A program made the translations under genes and the position numbers. Under the pieces are notes generated by a model. The model had not been told where the DNA came from. It did not search any database and worked only from the letters and a program-made list of their open reading frames with translations. From Octopus sinensis (taxonomy: Eukaryota), in assembly GCF_006345805.1 (NCBI RefSeq), contig NC_043001.1, positions 47,864,001-47,928,000 on the forward strand: a DNA stretch of 64,000 nucleotides. Reading direction: 5' to 3'. This document shows positions 36,534-51,224 of this stretch, in pieces (within the stretch, counting starts at the first letter, position 1; each line of letters begins with the position of its first letter).

Positions 36534-39479
36534 ATATACGCATATACACATATTTTATAATTATATATACATGCATATATATGTATATATATAAGCAAGT
36601 CTGTGCGTATGTGTCTATGTTTGATCATCTGCATATCCTGTTTAGATATAAGGTTATAATGCATATGTTATACACGTAAACACACACACAGAGATTTATT
36701 CAAAATATTTGGATTTATGTGTATAAATGTATATGTAAGCCTACGTGTGTGCGTGTGTGTGTATTTGTGTGTTTGTACGTGCAGACTGATGGGGTAGGTA
36801 GAGAGACTAGTGCAGCGGAAACGCATACTAGGTGGCAACGGAAACGCATACTGCTATTCACTTCATCACTATAGAAAGACAAGATCAGCACAAATAAAGT
36901 ATCTATTGCAATGACTCCCTCATACACTACCTCCTTCTCCCAAATTATAACACCAGCTCAACCACTGCATATTAATGTAGTGGCCCTACTGAAACACATG
37001 TGTAAAAATATCCCTATTTGAGAGACTTTAGTACACGCCACTGAATGACATCTTTCGTTTGAACAGAAATATGGGCAACCATGATAGAAATGCTATGTAC
37101 ATCGATGCAGCAAACGCTATCGCTTTAAAAAGAAATAGCACATTGGTTGGTGTAGTCCTAAATACACCATGCACAAAAAATAGATGCGTGAGCCACAGCT
37201 TTTGATCAAAGGTGGCGTTTCAACCACGATAATAATAAGTATTGCTATCACTGCTGAGAGACTCGAGAGGCGTGTTTGTGGCGTATTCATTCTATATATA
37301 AAACAAATCCCATAAAACTTTATGTACAACATATTGTTCATTAGATGCTCCTATCTCTTGTAGAAAATCTGGGGGAAGCCTAGAAAATATAGCGGTAGTG
37401 ATTAAACTGGTACAATATAACAATGTGCTCCTATTAGGACTTCAATCTTCTCAATGTCAAATGGCCATGGACTGACATTCTCTCAGGACTTTCACAGAAT
37501 GATTGAAGAAAAGCAAAATCTCTGTTTCACCTAGCTAACATTTTATTCACAGAAAAATGTTCTCCGTTACCAAACAAGAAACGATAATAGACTGAATCTC
37601 TGTTTCACAAATGATGTGAAACCCGCGCACATTAGGTAGGTGACGCATACAGTCTGTGACTTAACGCTATTGACTGAATAATATCAAAGTAGGGATAACT
37701 ACACACTTAGATAAACCATCCAAACTCTGTCCAATTTGAATGCCTATATTTTACCTTTTGTTCTTGTCGATTTTCTGATATCTTTTGCCTTACTGTATCA
37801 CACACTTTTGTTCTTTCTTTGTGATTTATTTAAACGCTTCTTTAAAATGAAGGACAGCATTCCTGGCCCATAATTTTTTCCATAGTTTTCGACACTGGTG
37901 AGAGGAAGGGAGATCTAACCCCGAAATCTTTAAACAGACTGAACTCTGCTCAAGGCATCCAAGAACCAGGTGGTGGTTTTAAAATCTCAGAACACAAAAT
38001 GCTGGAACAAATTATTGCTTAGCACCTCGGCCGACACTAAACAATTCCGCCAATCCACACGCTTGACTGGTATTTTATTGTATTAACTCTAAAAATCAAA
38101 ATTGATCTCGAATGAATAGTACAAGTCACTTTTTTCCGCTTTTCTCTAACAACTTTGCCAATTCGTCACCTATTTATGCTGTATTTTATGTTGTATTAAT
38201 CATGGTACTCATTAACGGAAACATTTTATTTGACACATTTTAAATCTTCTGTTTACACGTCAACATCTTTATTAACAAATAACACCGGGAATATACAGTC
38301 GAATTGCTCTCGTGCATATGTCTTATCTAGACGAATCTTGACCACCTTCCAAGATTCAAACACTTTCTCTTTCATTTAATTCCTATCAATTTTTTTGTAC
38401 TTCAAAATGTTATTTACTTTCTATATACATATTATTTTAAAGCCATTTCAATAATTATAGTAATATTTATTTTTTAATATATATTTTTGGTAGTTGTAAT
38501 TTAAATATTTCCTTCCGTGCTTGTCAGATTAATATTTCTTTTAAAGTTTGTGTAGCATGCTGTGTTTCTTATAATTCAGTTTATTTCCCGGTTTCAATGA
38601 TATTTATATATTTTCTATACCATGGTAACGGAATAAATGAAGGAAAGGACAGACAACAAAGTAAAAGGATATCCGTCGATTTCAACGTGGAGCATTCAGT
38701 TGTTCAACCAACTAGGCGGCTGGTCATTGGATTAGCATATAATTGACTGGATATTCCACAGACACGTGGACGCTTAACATAATCGGCTGGCAGAAACGGT
38801 GTTATGTAGTGTGTCAGAAGACTTGACCTTTGAATCATAGGTACAATCCATCATATCAGTCTATTGCACAGTATCCACTTATCCAAGTTTCCTCACAAGC
38901 TTTGGGTCAACCATATAAAGGACCCTTATCCAAGATGTCACGCAGTGGGATCGAATATGGCACATCATCATTGCGAAGCGCATTTTTTAGACATTTCGCT
39001 TTCCTGCGTTCACATTTCACGTACATGCACACAGCCATGTGTATGAAAGACAAATTCACACACATGGCTGTATATTAGACAAATGTGTAAGATTTTTGTG
39101 TATAAGACATCTCAGATTAAACCATATACCTGCATGTGTGTAAGAAAATTGACGTATATCCGCACAGGTGCATGGTCTATGATGAAATATTGCCAGTTTT
39201 TAGTTTATCTTAGCCTTTTCTAGAGTCAGCTGTTCTATAGTCAACTGGTATCCATAAAATAAGTAACAAGTAATAACATGTAGCCAATTCCTAGAAATGC
39301 GTTGTGCCAATGTGACATATTGTATTTTTAGCCTCCCTTAGCTGAACCGGAAAGTAAAAGTTAAAACTCTCGTGCAGACATGGCTGTGTCGTTAAGATGT
39401 TTCTGACGCAGCCTCGAGATGGCCATTGCCTTGTATGTGAAGTTGGTAGACATGAGGAAACTGAGGCGACGTGTCGTGC

Positions 39480-39519
<40 letters not shown>

Positions 39520-40864
39520 CGTATGCATACACACAAACATATATGTATATATACATATATAAAATTATATATATTTACTGTGTGTGTGAGGGGGGTGTAC
39601 ATTTATGTATACGTATTTCTTTGTATCTGTCTTTGTGCTTATTCCTCCAATCCCGAGCTTTAGTCTGTTTTTTATTTTATTTTATCGGCCCTCTACAGAA
39701 TATCGTTCTTCTGGAGATTTGAACTCGGAGCGCAGAAAGCAGGAGAAAATACTGCAGGATATTTTGCTTATTGTTGTATGCTCCAACAATTGTAAGTCTC
39801 AGATGAAAAGCTTTTGAACTTTAATCTACTCGATTAGAGCTGACCTGGGTTTAAACATCAAACGTCACTGAGCATTTCATGCGAGAAACATCAAATAAAA
39901 ATTGCGACGAAAGTAAATCAAAGTAATTGTCTTCAGTAACCAGTCTTAGACAAAAATGAATTCAATAAATTGCCTTCTGGCAAAAATAAACAATTAAAAC
40001 TTAATTTCTAACATCGGTACAAAACTACAAATTATACCGGGGTTGTGAATACTGATGATTATATCGGTGAAAGGAAATAAAGTTATTGGCGACAGCATTG
40101 CCGAAACGAAATAAAGCCGTTGTTATTTTTAAAGTTTTCATGTAACTTAACTTCTTGATTTATTATATCCAGAGGAGGACATAACTGGGGGCGAATTCAT
40201 TATAAATATTAACTTTATTCATCAATTAATTTAATTACAAATCTTAATGGATATTTTTTATTACACCCCTGCTTGAAATTTGGTGGCATTGGTTGTGGTA
40301 GAACATCCAGTACAACATCCACTAAACGCCACTGGACTTAAGTGGTACCAAAACGGATGAAAGTTAAAAATCAAGTCTGGTAGAATTTAGAACGAAAACA
40401 GCTGGGAAAAACAAAAAGGAAAAAAACGATGCCGTAACCTATGTGTCAGTCCACAGTCAAGCAACTTCAATTCAAGTAAAGATTTCTTCTATAGGTAACA
40501 TGGGTTAAATTAGTAGTAAGTGGGGATGAAAATGTCGATTATATCGACCCTGGTATCAGCCTAGTATGTTATTTCCTCGAATTTGGAAAGGTGAAAGTTT
40601 GTGAAATTTGAATGTATAAGTTTATGACTAACCCCGTACCACAACGATCATCAACGAATTCTGTCTCATATTCTACTACCGATCCCGTCAGCCAACCTAC
40701 CATTTCTGTTATCGAAACATAATATTGTACAATGTTTGCATTATAGGAAAATTACTATAAAATAATAAAGTATAAAAAAATGATGCCATGTGAAAAAAAC
40801 GGCATAATAGATTATTGAACAAAAACTCGAGTCATGTTGGCTATACAATACATAATGCTACGTA

Positions 40865-40933
40865 TGTGCATATATAATATATATATATATAATATATATA
40901 TTATATATATATATATATGTACGTATACACATA

Positions 40934-40983
<50 letters not shown>

Positions 40984-41208
40984 TGCATATATATATATAT
41001 ATACACATATATACATATGCGTGTGTATGTGTGTATATATATATATATATACACAAATGCAAACACACACGCACACAGGCAAACACACACACACATATGT
41101 GCATACCAAAACAATATCCCACTTTGTAAATGAATATTAAGTGAAGCGATGTCTGCATGTGATAACGTGTTAATATTCCGATATAGAAAAGTTCATTAAA
41201 TTAGTGAC

Positions 41209-41263
<55 letters not shown>

Positions 41264-41340
41264 TGTATGTAAGTATGTATGTATGTACGTATGTGTGTAT
41301 GTCTGTATGTATATGTGTATGGTGTTTGTATGTATGTAAA
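40865..41340. repeat. (AT)n/(CA)n/(GTAT)n microsatellite cluster
   Basis: Direct reading. Confidence 0.85.
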
Positions 41341-42081
41341 TGTGTGTGCCCGGGCATATCGAGTTTCCCCTTTATAAAATAATGCAGGAACTGTATGTAT
41401 TTATTTATTGGACATTTCTCTCACTTGTACGTTAAAGTGTATACAAAATACGTAGATACATCTATCCATCCATCCATCCATCCATCCACATATATATATA
41501 TATATATATATATATCAAAAGGATGTGATATAACACTATTCCACAGCCATACCAACAATCCAGCATACGTCCATCATCAGCTAGATGCCATTATGGTTTC
41601 GACACCTGGCCAGTACCATTCAAACCGGCGGTGTCAACAGCACTAAAATAAGTGTTGTCTGAGAACAAACAAACCAAAGAAACCACAACTTTCAAAGACA
41701 TTTACCCAATGTACAAGCATGTCAATAAATAAATTCAATAAGTAAATTACAAACGCTTCTAAATACGTAACTAAACGGTGACAAGTCATTCAAAAATCAT
41801 AATCGCTACCGTCTTCCGTAGTATAATGTAAAAGTAAAAGCTTAATAACCACATTATTTTAATCAATCAATATATAGGCCGGATTAAACACTAACTTTAA
41901 TAAAACTACAGCAAAGAGACATATAAAATAATGTGCATTGTATCGATACTAATAGTAACTGCAATAACTAAATAATAGATATATATATATATACAGAGAC
42001 ATGTTCTTTCACTCAGCCTATATACACACATATACGTACGTATACACATATACGATGCTCTAACCACTGAGCCATGCGCTT

Positions 42082-42084
<3 letters not shown>

Positions 42085-42160
<76 letters not shown>

Positions 42161-42163
42161 AAC

Positions 42164-42235
<72 letters not shown>

Positions 42236-42340
42236 GCATACATACATACATACATACATATATACATACATACATACCTACATACATACATATACACACC
42301 CACATATATATTTATATATATTTATACACACACACACATA
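42085..42340. repeat. (AT)(AG)(GATA)(CATA) compound microsatellite
   Basis: Direct reading. Confidence 0.9.
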
Positions 42341-43264
42341 TGCATGCAGCAACACACTTAAGCTTACACACTAAGGATTGAATGCTAATAATTGTAATAA
42401 TATTTAAGATCTTGCACGTTATAATGTTATAATTACAGAAGAGACTTCTGTAATGAGAGTGAACAATGTGTGTATTGCTCCCAAAGGCAGTGTCTCGCAA
42501 AGAATAGTGAAATGAATTAAAAGATTATGTTGCATTTATGTGCATATCTTCAGCATTCAATTTAAAAACTGCTGCATAAAGTTTTGTTTTCCACCCCACT
42601 GAGGTCGATAAGTACCAGAAAATATACCAATATGAAATTTTTTTCCACTTCCATGTTTTCTCTTTCAAACCATCGGGTTATATTAAGCGTCAGGTATAAG
42701 TTGCGTGATCCAGAAATCCTTTCACATTTAAATTGATATATAAAAAACATTATATATTTCATTTTGATACAGTTTTGTCTTTATACATTCTGAATATTAT
42801 CTTTGATACACACACACAAACACAAACACTACACACATACATAACTAGAAATGATTCTGACGAAAGTAGCATTCATTTTATGTCGTTCAATTTTTCTCAA
42901 CCGAGTTATGTGTCGATTAAGTAAACCGATCAATAACGAACCTCTAATAACTACTGGAAACATCTGTAAGCCAAATTTATTACAAGCGAGGAAAATATAT
43001 ATAATGGGTACTATTTATGCCTTGTGTTATATATATACGTTATATATTTGTAAAAAGGGCGTTGTCTCACAAGCAGTTGTGCCGGCCAAAGTGTTAGTAA
43101 ATGTGGTCGGATTGACCTGAAAATTAGCACACCTATGTTGGAGGTGGTGGTGAGTTTACATGGCAACTTTGGGTTTGCTCAATCGAAAGACGTGGCCTCT
43201 AGGGCAAAATTCCTCGTCTTTAGAATGTGGCCCTAGTAGACCCGAATGAAGTCGGGTTATACTA

Positions 43265-43314
<50 letters not shown>

Positions 43315-44899
43315 GTACGTATGTATGCATGTGTATATATAAATTATTATATTTATATTAGAATATTATCATAAGTCAAAGATCGGAAAAATATTCTGTA
43401 CTGAAGTGGTCTACAAAGGCTGTGGTGAAATGATGGGTGATGTGAGGTAGGTACAATGGGAGTGGGAGACAGACTCAAATTGAAAGGCTCATCTGATTTA
43501 GGTTGTTAGTTGTTTATATATATATATATATATTAAAGGGATTTTTTAAGCAAAAGCATTCCACTTTATTTGGACTTCAGAAGTACGGAACTTTGTTCCT
43601 GTTTAAGAAATTGAACACTGTATATCTCCTTATGGTGGGCTACATTTTAAATGCAAGTTACTGGGACTGGCGCAAGAGCATTTATTAAGGAATGTGGGTA
43701 ATACATAACCGACAGAATCATAATACATTTTCTATCATTAAGAGAAACCAAGTATAAAGTCTACATATATACTACAACGTATGGTTCATGGATCACCAGT
43801 GGTCCATACCAAATATTTTTGTGGTTCACAGCGAATTACATAAAACTAAGTCAGTCACTGGTCGTATAGATTGCGCTCGTTGTAAAACAACATCAACATC
43901 ATCATCATCATCATCATCATCATCAATAACAACAACAACAACACGATATTTTCACTTCTACGATATTTACAGATGGTTAATCAATTAGTTTTGAAGAAAC
44001 TATTGAAGCGTACAAATCTTCCACGCAGTATTTATGTCTGTACTGTTTTAAACTCTAATTCCTCGAGGTTCGATTTTGAGATTTCATTCATCCGAATATG
44101 ATAAAATTAGCAGCAATAATGAAGTTGTTAAAATTACTACAAATGGCATCAAACTGATAGAGCTGTTAAAGCGTTGAACTGAATACCTGTATGAAATCGA
44201 GGTCTTGACATTAATTGAATGTCCCGCCAGCTAATAACTACAACCACAGTCGAATCAGTGGTTATTGAAGATTATAAATTGACTTGCTTCAGCCTTTTAT
44301 TTTTCATGTAAAATCGGCAGATCTGCTACAGTATCAGAGAGAATGCCTTACGGTATTTGTTTTAGCACCTTACTTGGGTCTTTTAACTTTATCATTCATT
44401 CTTTCGGGATCGATAAATTAATTAAATTCCTGTCCAGGGTGATAGAATGATAGAATCGTAAGAAAGACTTTTGCACATGTGTTTTGATTCTGTGCGTTCT
44501 GAATGTGAATCCCGTCTCCTTTCACGGAATAACAAAAATAACGGATCTTTCGAAAGCCAGGATTGGGAATTCCTTACGCAAGTATTACAAGTATTTACAA
44601 GCTGGGATTCTACCAATGAAAGCATCTCCACTGGTAAAAGAGAAGGCAAAAATTCTTTGAAGTCCTGCGAACTCAGAGAAGGTACTACGAACGACCCGGG
44701 TATACATAAAATTTTAAAAGACCACCATTTAAAATACTCCAATCTTTCTGTTTTGCATATTGGGAAAGTTAATATTCCCTTTAGTATTTAACCTTTTGTG
44801 TTTTGTTTATAATCTAATAATTGCTTGTTTCAATTATTAACAATTTTCTTGAGAATAAATTACAGTTATTTTAAAATAGAGAAATTTAAGTATCTATTG

Positions 44900-45100
44900 A
44901 TTTTTTTTTCTTACCAAGAAACAACGCAATGCTATGAGCAGCTAGAGGCTATTTATGGAGACTATGCTCCTAATCGCAATTAAAATATGGAAATGTGAAT
45001 GAAAATGGAGAAACGTCTCATCGGAATAAACTTCGATATGTGGGCGTTCTCCAATAATTGTGGATGATGGAGCTCAAGAATTTCTGTTAGATATAAAATA
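44900..45100 (+). mobile_element. Possible degraded mariner transposase N-terminal (HTH) fragment
   Basis: QCYEQLEAIYGDYAP followed by ..NGETSH.NKLR..GRSPIIVDD (frameshifted) resembles the mariner 'h..L..vyGd.aps...F..G..sl.d..r.GRp' region. Confidence 0.4.
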
Positions 45101-45829
45101 TAACTGGTATAAAGTCATAAATTGTAATACCACAAATTATTATGGATAACCGTCCAGACACGCAAAGTTAATACCTAGAGCGGTGAATTTTATTCTATTG
45201 CATATTTAGTTGATGCTTGATGAGCTAAGTGACTGGGAGGTATATATAAGTGGCAACACTATCAAAATTCTGTAGTTCATAGTACTGAGTTCAATTCATG
45301 TTGCAGTATTGGAAAAAGCAATCGAAAATTACTCGTGCATATATATTCTGGAATCACTCGATAGAAACAAGTTTTTCATGAATGGCTCACAACTTAGAAG
45401 CTTAAGGAATATTCTAATGATGTTACAGGCAGATTCCATTAAATAGAGAAGTAGGTATTTCTTTAAACATGTGTTTCATTAACTTTTACTTGATATCATC
45501 TTAAGTTAATAAAATTATGTTTTTAGAGATGGAAATCTTTGCAATATTTATACCTATATTAAATTTCGATTGGATCAATCACCAATCGCTCACATGTGTC
45601 GTACCTCGGATTTATACTTACTACCATGTTAAGTTCGAACTGGGAATCTGATGACACAGACCAAACCGAACGAAACATCATCTAGATCAAATTATTGAAA
45701 CATTTTCATCCCCAAAGATGCGGTTAATCATCCTAAAATTATAATCATGTTAATAACTTGTCTTCAACGTAGTGAATCAGAAATCATTTTGATATTTAAT
45801 ATGATGCTTTTCCTTTTTATATGGCGGAG

Positions 45830-46020
45830 AGTTGACAGAATCACCTGCATGCCAGTCAGGAATACTTAGCGACAGCTCTTAAGGCTTTGCTATCTAAGTT
45901 CAAGTCCCTCAGACTTTGATTTTTACCTTTCGGCGTGGATGAAATAAGTACCAGTTGAGCTTAACGGTCGATATAATTGACTAGCTCTCCCTCCTCGAAA
46001 ATCTCAGACCATGAGCTTAT
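45830..46020 (+). mobile_element. SINE family A copy (diverged)
   Basis: GGCGGAGAGTTGACAGAATC...AAGTTCAAGTCCC...TTTTACCTTTCGGCGTGGATGAAATAAGTACCAGTTG. Confidence 0.6.
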
Positions 46021-46339
46021 AGTATAAAGGAATATTAAGATTTTATTTTGTTCCTTTTTGGATTGCTTTTCATTTTTCTTTTCATGCTCGTGAATAAATT
46101 AATCTGTTACTGAAATTACCTCTACGTTGTCACTTTATATATATAGATATCTGATATTATTTACGGGATTGGTCATCACATGGTTATTGGAGTCATCACG
46201 GCGGCGGATAGATTACCTTACAAGAATTTGTTCCAACCCTCTACGTTTGAGTTCAAATACCAATGCAGTCAAATTGATCGAGTCTTGTTTCAGTCTCTCG
46301 TCTACTTGTCTGTCTCCCCACCTCATCTACTTTCTGTTT

Positions 46340-46361
46340 TCTGTCTGTCTGTCTGTCTGTC

Positions 46362-46452
<91 letters not shown>

Positions 46453-46470
46453 CTCTCTCTCTTTCTCTCT
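46340..46470. repeat. (CTGT)/(CTAT)/(CT) microsatellite
   Basis: Direct reading. Confidence 0.9.
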
Positions 46471-47202
46471 AGCAGTCTCGCCGAATCGATTGTATTGCGC
46501 CATAAGAATTGCTATGGACAACGAGTTTCATTGTCCATCTCCCCAGATATGGTGAAAGGCTGAACGAGGTGCAAGCAAGCTCTTCTAACCAGAAGAAGAA
46601 AAAAAGAGAAAAATACTGATATGCTACTGAAACTGTCAAAAGACGGCCAAATATGTAGGACAGTACAAAACGGAAATTAAGAAAGAGAACATTATGACGT
46701 GTGCATGACGTCACAGGTAGATTTACAACTGTTTACATAACTATTGTTTACATTAGGACTGGACTGTTTACTCATTTTTGTTTCTTTCGTGGAAAGAGGT
46801 TTGTAATTTGATAGATGACCGAGTCGGTAGAGCGTCAGATTTTATGTTTTGCTAGTTACATCACTTTAACTTGTGTTGAATATCCACTTAGATCGTGTTT
46901 GCCTTGTATTCTTGCAATATCGATTATAATAAGTACCAATAAGGTATTGTGAACGATTTAAGAAACCGTACTTACCCCAACAAAATATGTCCTTGCATTT
47001 TTGTTTGTTTGCTTGATACTTGGGGTTTATTTTACTTCTATGATTTAGACGAAACTTTCTTCTTACAATATAGTAACATGTCTCGGTGGCAATGAAATCA
47101 GTGTTAATTTAATGTAAAATGACACAGAATTTTAAGGGCTATGAATGGACAGAATCGCTTAAGCGCAAAATAAAATAGCTGTTGATATTTATTGAATCTC
47201 TT

Positions 47203-47410
47203 AAGGCGGCGAGCTCGCAGAATCGCTATCATGCCGGACAATATGCTTTACGGCCTTTCGCCTGTTTATACATACTGAGTTCAAATTCCACCGAGGGCAA
47301 ATTTGTCTTTCCTCCTTTCGGGGTCGATAAAATACCAGTTGAGAACTGAGGTCGATGTAATCGGCTTGCCCCAACCCACTAAATTGCTGGCCTTGCGCCA
47401 AAACTTGAAA
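47203..47410 (+). mobile_element. SINE family A copy
   Basis: AAGGCGGCGAGCTCGCAGAATCG...CTGAGTTCAAATTCCACCGAGG...CCTTTCGGGGTCGATAAAATACCAGTTG...GGTCGATGTAATCG. Confidence 0.85.
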
Positions 47411-48114
47411 CCACATTTATTAAAGTTCTTTATACTTTGAGTCCAAATCTCGCCGTGGTCATATTTGCTCCTTTTATGTTTCCGGGATCAATAACGTAAA
47501 ACATAAAATAACAGTGAAGTATTGGAATCGATTTGTACCAATATACAATAGGCTAGAATGGTACAGAAGAGATGGAATTCACGACCAACCGTAGGTAAAG
47601 TGTCACGTCACAGCTATTGGAGGCACTGCTCCACCATCATAATAACACCTATCTGTAACACAATTTTCACAGCACAACAGACACATGAAAACACACACAC
47701 ACGCACACACAGCCTATATGTATGTATTATGTATGTATGTATGTATGTATGTATGTATGTATGTATGTATGTATGTATGTATGCGCAGGGACATAGAAAC
47801 AATCGGACTGAATACCCGATCGCGCGGTTAAACCATTGGAAGTGAAGGACTCCAAGCCTTTTTAGGGCATCCTTCTAGGAGAAGGTAACTCAGGTAACTG
47901 GGATAATCCGGCATAAAACCTGCGGCTCAGTGGTTACTGATGATGTTAACTTGTTCTTCTTTTCGGATTATGGCTGATGTTGCTTAGTGAGTGGGATTGA
48001 CTCAATGCACAACCTTTCCTCACTTTAAAAAAAATCTTGCACAGGCATTGTACGATAACAACATTGATTAAGCTTCGTGCAATGGCCATACTCGATAACG
48101 AGAGGGCAGCCACC

Positions 48115-48180
48115 ATGTATGTATGTATGTATGTATGTATGTATGTATGTATGTATTTATGTATGTTGTATGTATGTATG

Positions 48181-48229
<49 letters not shown>

Positions 48230-48347
48230 TTCACTCAACACTGATTTTCTAAAAGAGGTCCTCCAATTAAAAGGCTAAACGCAAAAGAAAAAGAATGAAA
48301 CAGATTTTACTTAATTCAATTCTATTTACTTGTGTGTGTGTGTGTGT

Positions 48348-48385
<38 letters not shown>

Positions 48386-48475
48386 CTCCTGTGTGTGTGT
48401 GTGTGTATGTGTGTCTGTGTGTGTGTGCGTGTGTGTGTGTGTCTGTGTGTGTATCTGTCTGTCTGTCTATTTGTC
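48115..48475. repeat. (GTAT)n, (AT)n and (GT)n microsatellites
   Basis: Direct reading. Confidence 0.85.
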
Positions 48476-49199
48476 TGACGGTTCTGTTGTTTTTGTACTT
48501 GGCCGTTATTGGCGCTGTTTGTTTTTGTCGATGTCAAAATTGTTGCTCTCGTTGTTGTTTTTATCACTGCCATAGCTGTCGCTGTTGTTTTGCTATTGTT
48601 ATTGGGTCTGATGTCATTCTTCTTGTATTTTGCTGATCTCGTTGTTGCTGTTTTCTCAAAATCGTCGTTTTGTATATCGCTGGTATTATTACTGAGCTGA
48701 ACTCAAAACCTTTGGTTCTATCTGTTTTTTCACTGTTGTTGTTTTTGCCGTTTTCTATATTCTGTTTGTTGTTATAAATGTTACTATACTTGATGTTTCT
48801 CTTGTGGTAGCAGTAGTAGTTGTTATTCTTGTATTTATTGTTATCTTTGTTAGTAAATCTATCGGCTTTCTTGTTATAAAACATGTCGGTCGTCTGCTTA
48901 GCTAGACAAGCTATTATTTTCCTTTCTACATGCATTCAAACAAATGATCTACTATTTCCACGCATTTCTTATCTTCACTTCTTCATTTCCTTTTTCTCTC
49001 TTTTTCTCTTCATTTCTTTTCCTTCTTTTTTCCTTTTTTTTTTCTCACTTTATTTTCCTGCTTTTATTTTTCTTTCTCCCTTATTTTCTTATACTCAAAT
49101 TATTTTTCTAAAATTACTTTTATCAAATTATTTTCTTTTACGTTTTAGAAATGATTTTCACTTTCTTTCTTTCTTTCTTTCTTTATGCCTCATATTCAG

Positions 49200-49630
49200 T
49201 TTCCATTTCTTCTTCTTCTTCTTCTTTTCTTCTTCTTTTCTTCTTCTTCTTTTTATTCTTCTTCTTCTTTTTCTTCGTCGTCTCTTCTTTTTCTTCTTCT
49301 TCTTCTTCTTCTTCTCTTCTTCTTCTTCGTCGTCGTCGTCGTCGTCGTCGTCGTCTTCTTCTTCTTCTTCTTCTTCTTCTTCTTCTTCGTCGTCGTCGTC
49401 GTCGTCGTCGTCGTCTTCTTCTTCTTCTTCTTCTTCTTCTTCTTCGTCGTCGTCGTCTTCTTCTTCTTCTTCTTCTTCTTCTTCATCATCATCGTCATCG
49501 TCGTCGTCGTCGTCGTCGTCTTCTTCTTCTTTTCTTCTTCTTCTTCTTCTTCTTCTTCTTCTTCTTCTTCTTCTTCTTCTTCTTCTTCTTCTTCTTCTTC
49601 TTCTTCTTCTTCTTCTTCTTTTCTTCTCTT
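49200..49630. repeat. (TCT)n/(TCG)n compound trinucleotide array with higher-order blocks
   Basis: Alternating (TCG)n and (TCT)n blocks at 49327-49520; source of the spurious poly-S/R/L/F ORFs. Confidence 0.95.
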
Positions 49631-50199
49631 CTCTTCAACATTTTCATTTTCATCTTTTTCGTCTTCTTCATCGCTACATCCGCGATCATTGCTTTCCCTC
49701 GCTTTCCCAATGTTCTATTTGTTTTGTTAGTTTTATAACTTCTATCATTTTCTTAAAATTTAAATAATCTATCACTTACGCCTATCTTTCTCTCTTCGAT
49801 TTTCACTCCCTTCTTACAGAAACACATACATACACATATGTTGACGCTCACACTCATACACATCGATATACAAAACACATACACTGATACTCACACAAAT
49901 ACACACACAGACATTCATACAGCTACACATACATACATGCAAACATGGACACACACATACATATAAACACAAATACACGCACATACACACAAACGTGGAC
50001 ACACACATACACACAAACATCGACACACATACATAATAACACATATAGATACGCACCCAGAAACACACACATGTACACACATCCAAACACATACAGATAT
50101 ACACCCAGAACCATACGCGCGCACACACACATACACATACACATTCTTTCTTTCTCTGCTACTCTTTCTTTCACTCTAACTCTTCGTCTGACTGGCTCC

Positions 50200-50292
50200 C
50201 ATTCTCTCTCTCTCTTTCTCTCTTTCTCTACCTATCTATCTCTCTCTCACTCTCTCTCTCTATCTCCTCTCTCTCTCTCTCTATCTACCTAC

Positions 50293-50328
<36 letters not shown>

Positions 50329-50420
50329 TATCTATCTATCTCTATCTGTCTATCTCTGTCTCTCTCCTTCGCTCTCTCTCTCTTTCACCCACTTTCACTT
50401 TCTCCTCTCACCCCCTTTCT
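50200..50420. repeat. (CT)n/(CTAT)n microsatellite
   Basis: Direct reading. Confidence 0.85.
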
Positions 50421-50794
50421 CACATTTATCTTCTTTTTGACCCCGCTTCCTCCACTTTCATCTAAATGATACTCCAATCCTTCCCTCCCACCTTCCCCCA
50501 ATTTACCCTTACTCCTCCCACTTCTCCTATTCCTACAGCTACTTTTCCACCATTCCTCCCCACCAATCTTCATTTCTGTCTGCGCATTTCTTTGCAAAAT
50601 TTCTATCACTTCTGCTTTTCCTTGTATCTTTCCCCCTTTTTTTATGTCTTGTTTTCCTCATTCACTTATTCACCCAGTCCCAATTTACCATTTTAGTATC
50701 AGCTATCTCTCCCTCTTTCTTTCTTTTTCTCTCTCTCTCTCTCTCTCTCTCTATTATATTATATATATATATATATATTATATATATAAATATA

Positions 50795-51180
50795 TGTATA
50801 TACTCTTTTATTTGTTTCAGTCATTGACTGCGGTCATGTTGGAGCACCGCCTTTAGTCGAACAAATCGACCCCAGAACTTATTGTTTGTATCGGTCTTTT
50901 TCTTTTTTTTTGTTTTTTGCTGAACCACTAAAATGCAGGGACAGAGACATCCCAGCATCGGTTGTCAAGCAATGGTGGGGGACAAACACAGACACACAAA
51001 TATATACATATACATATACGATGGGCTTCTTTTGAGTTTCCGGCTACCAACTCCACTCACAAGGCTTTGGTCGGGCCCGACGGTATAGCAGAAGACATTT
51101 GCCACTTGCCCAAGGTGCCACGCAGTGGGACTGAACCCAGAACCATGTGGTTGGTAAGAGCTACTTACCACACAGCCTAT
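50795..51180 (-). mobile_element. Near-full-length SINE family B (tRNA head + CORE-like domain)
   Basis: Reverse complement: GGCTGTGTGGTAAG (A-box) ... GGGTTCAGTCCC (B-box) ... CACCTTGGGCAAGTG (CORE-like) ... GGGGTCGATTTGTTCGACTAAAGGCGGTGCTCCAACATGACCGCAGTCAATGACTGAAAC. Exact family name not verified. Confidence 0.8.
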
Positions 51181-51188
51181 CCTGCACC

Positions 51189-51224
<36 letters not shown>

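Noticed and set aside
37060-37341. Possible exons (plus MGNHDRNAMY...; minus NEYATNTPLESLSS...*)
   Set aside because: The short GNHD match and acceptor-like sites are expected by chance; no supporting neighbouring exons.
41560-41612. Minus-strand GAAAC...CUGAUGA (type II order)
   Set aside because: No pairable stem III/UH site and no stem I.
43190-43262. Two hairpins with TTCCTCGT, reminiscent of an HDV-like ribozyme L3
   Set aside because: The P1/P2/P3/P1.1 order cannot be built and no GG follows the P1 3' strand.
44422-44791. Overlapping ORFs in unique, slightly GC-richer sequence
   Set aside because: No recognisable domain; several incompatible splice readings on both strands and none better supported.
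48883-49767. 294-aa ORF and other long low-complexity ORFs (6473-7012, 33133-33852, 30150-30806, 63361-63909)
   Set aside because: Translations of microsatellites and pyrimidine tracts with no protein-like composition.
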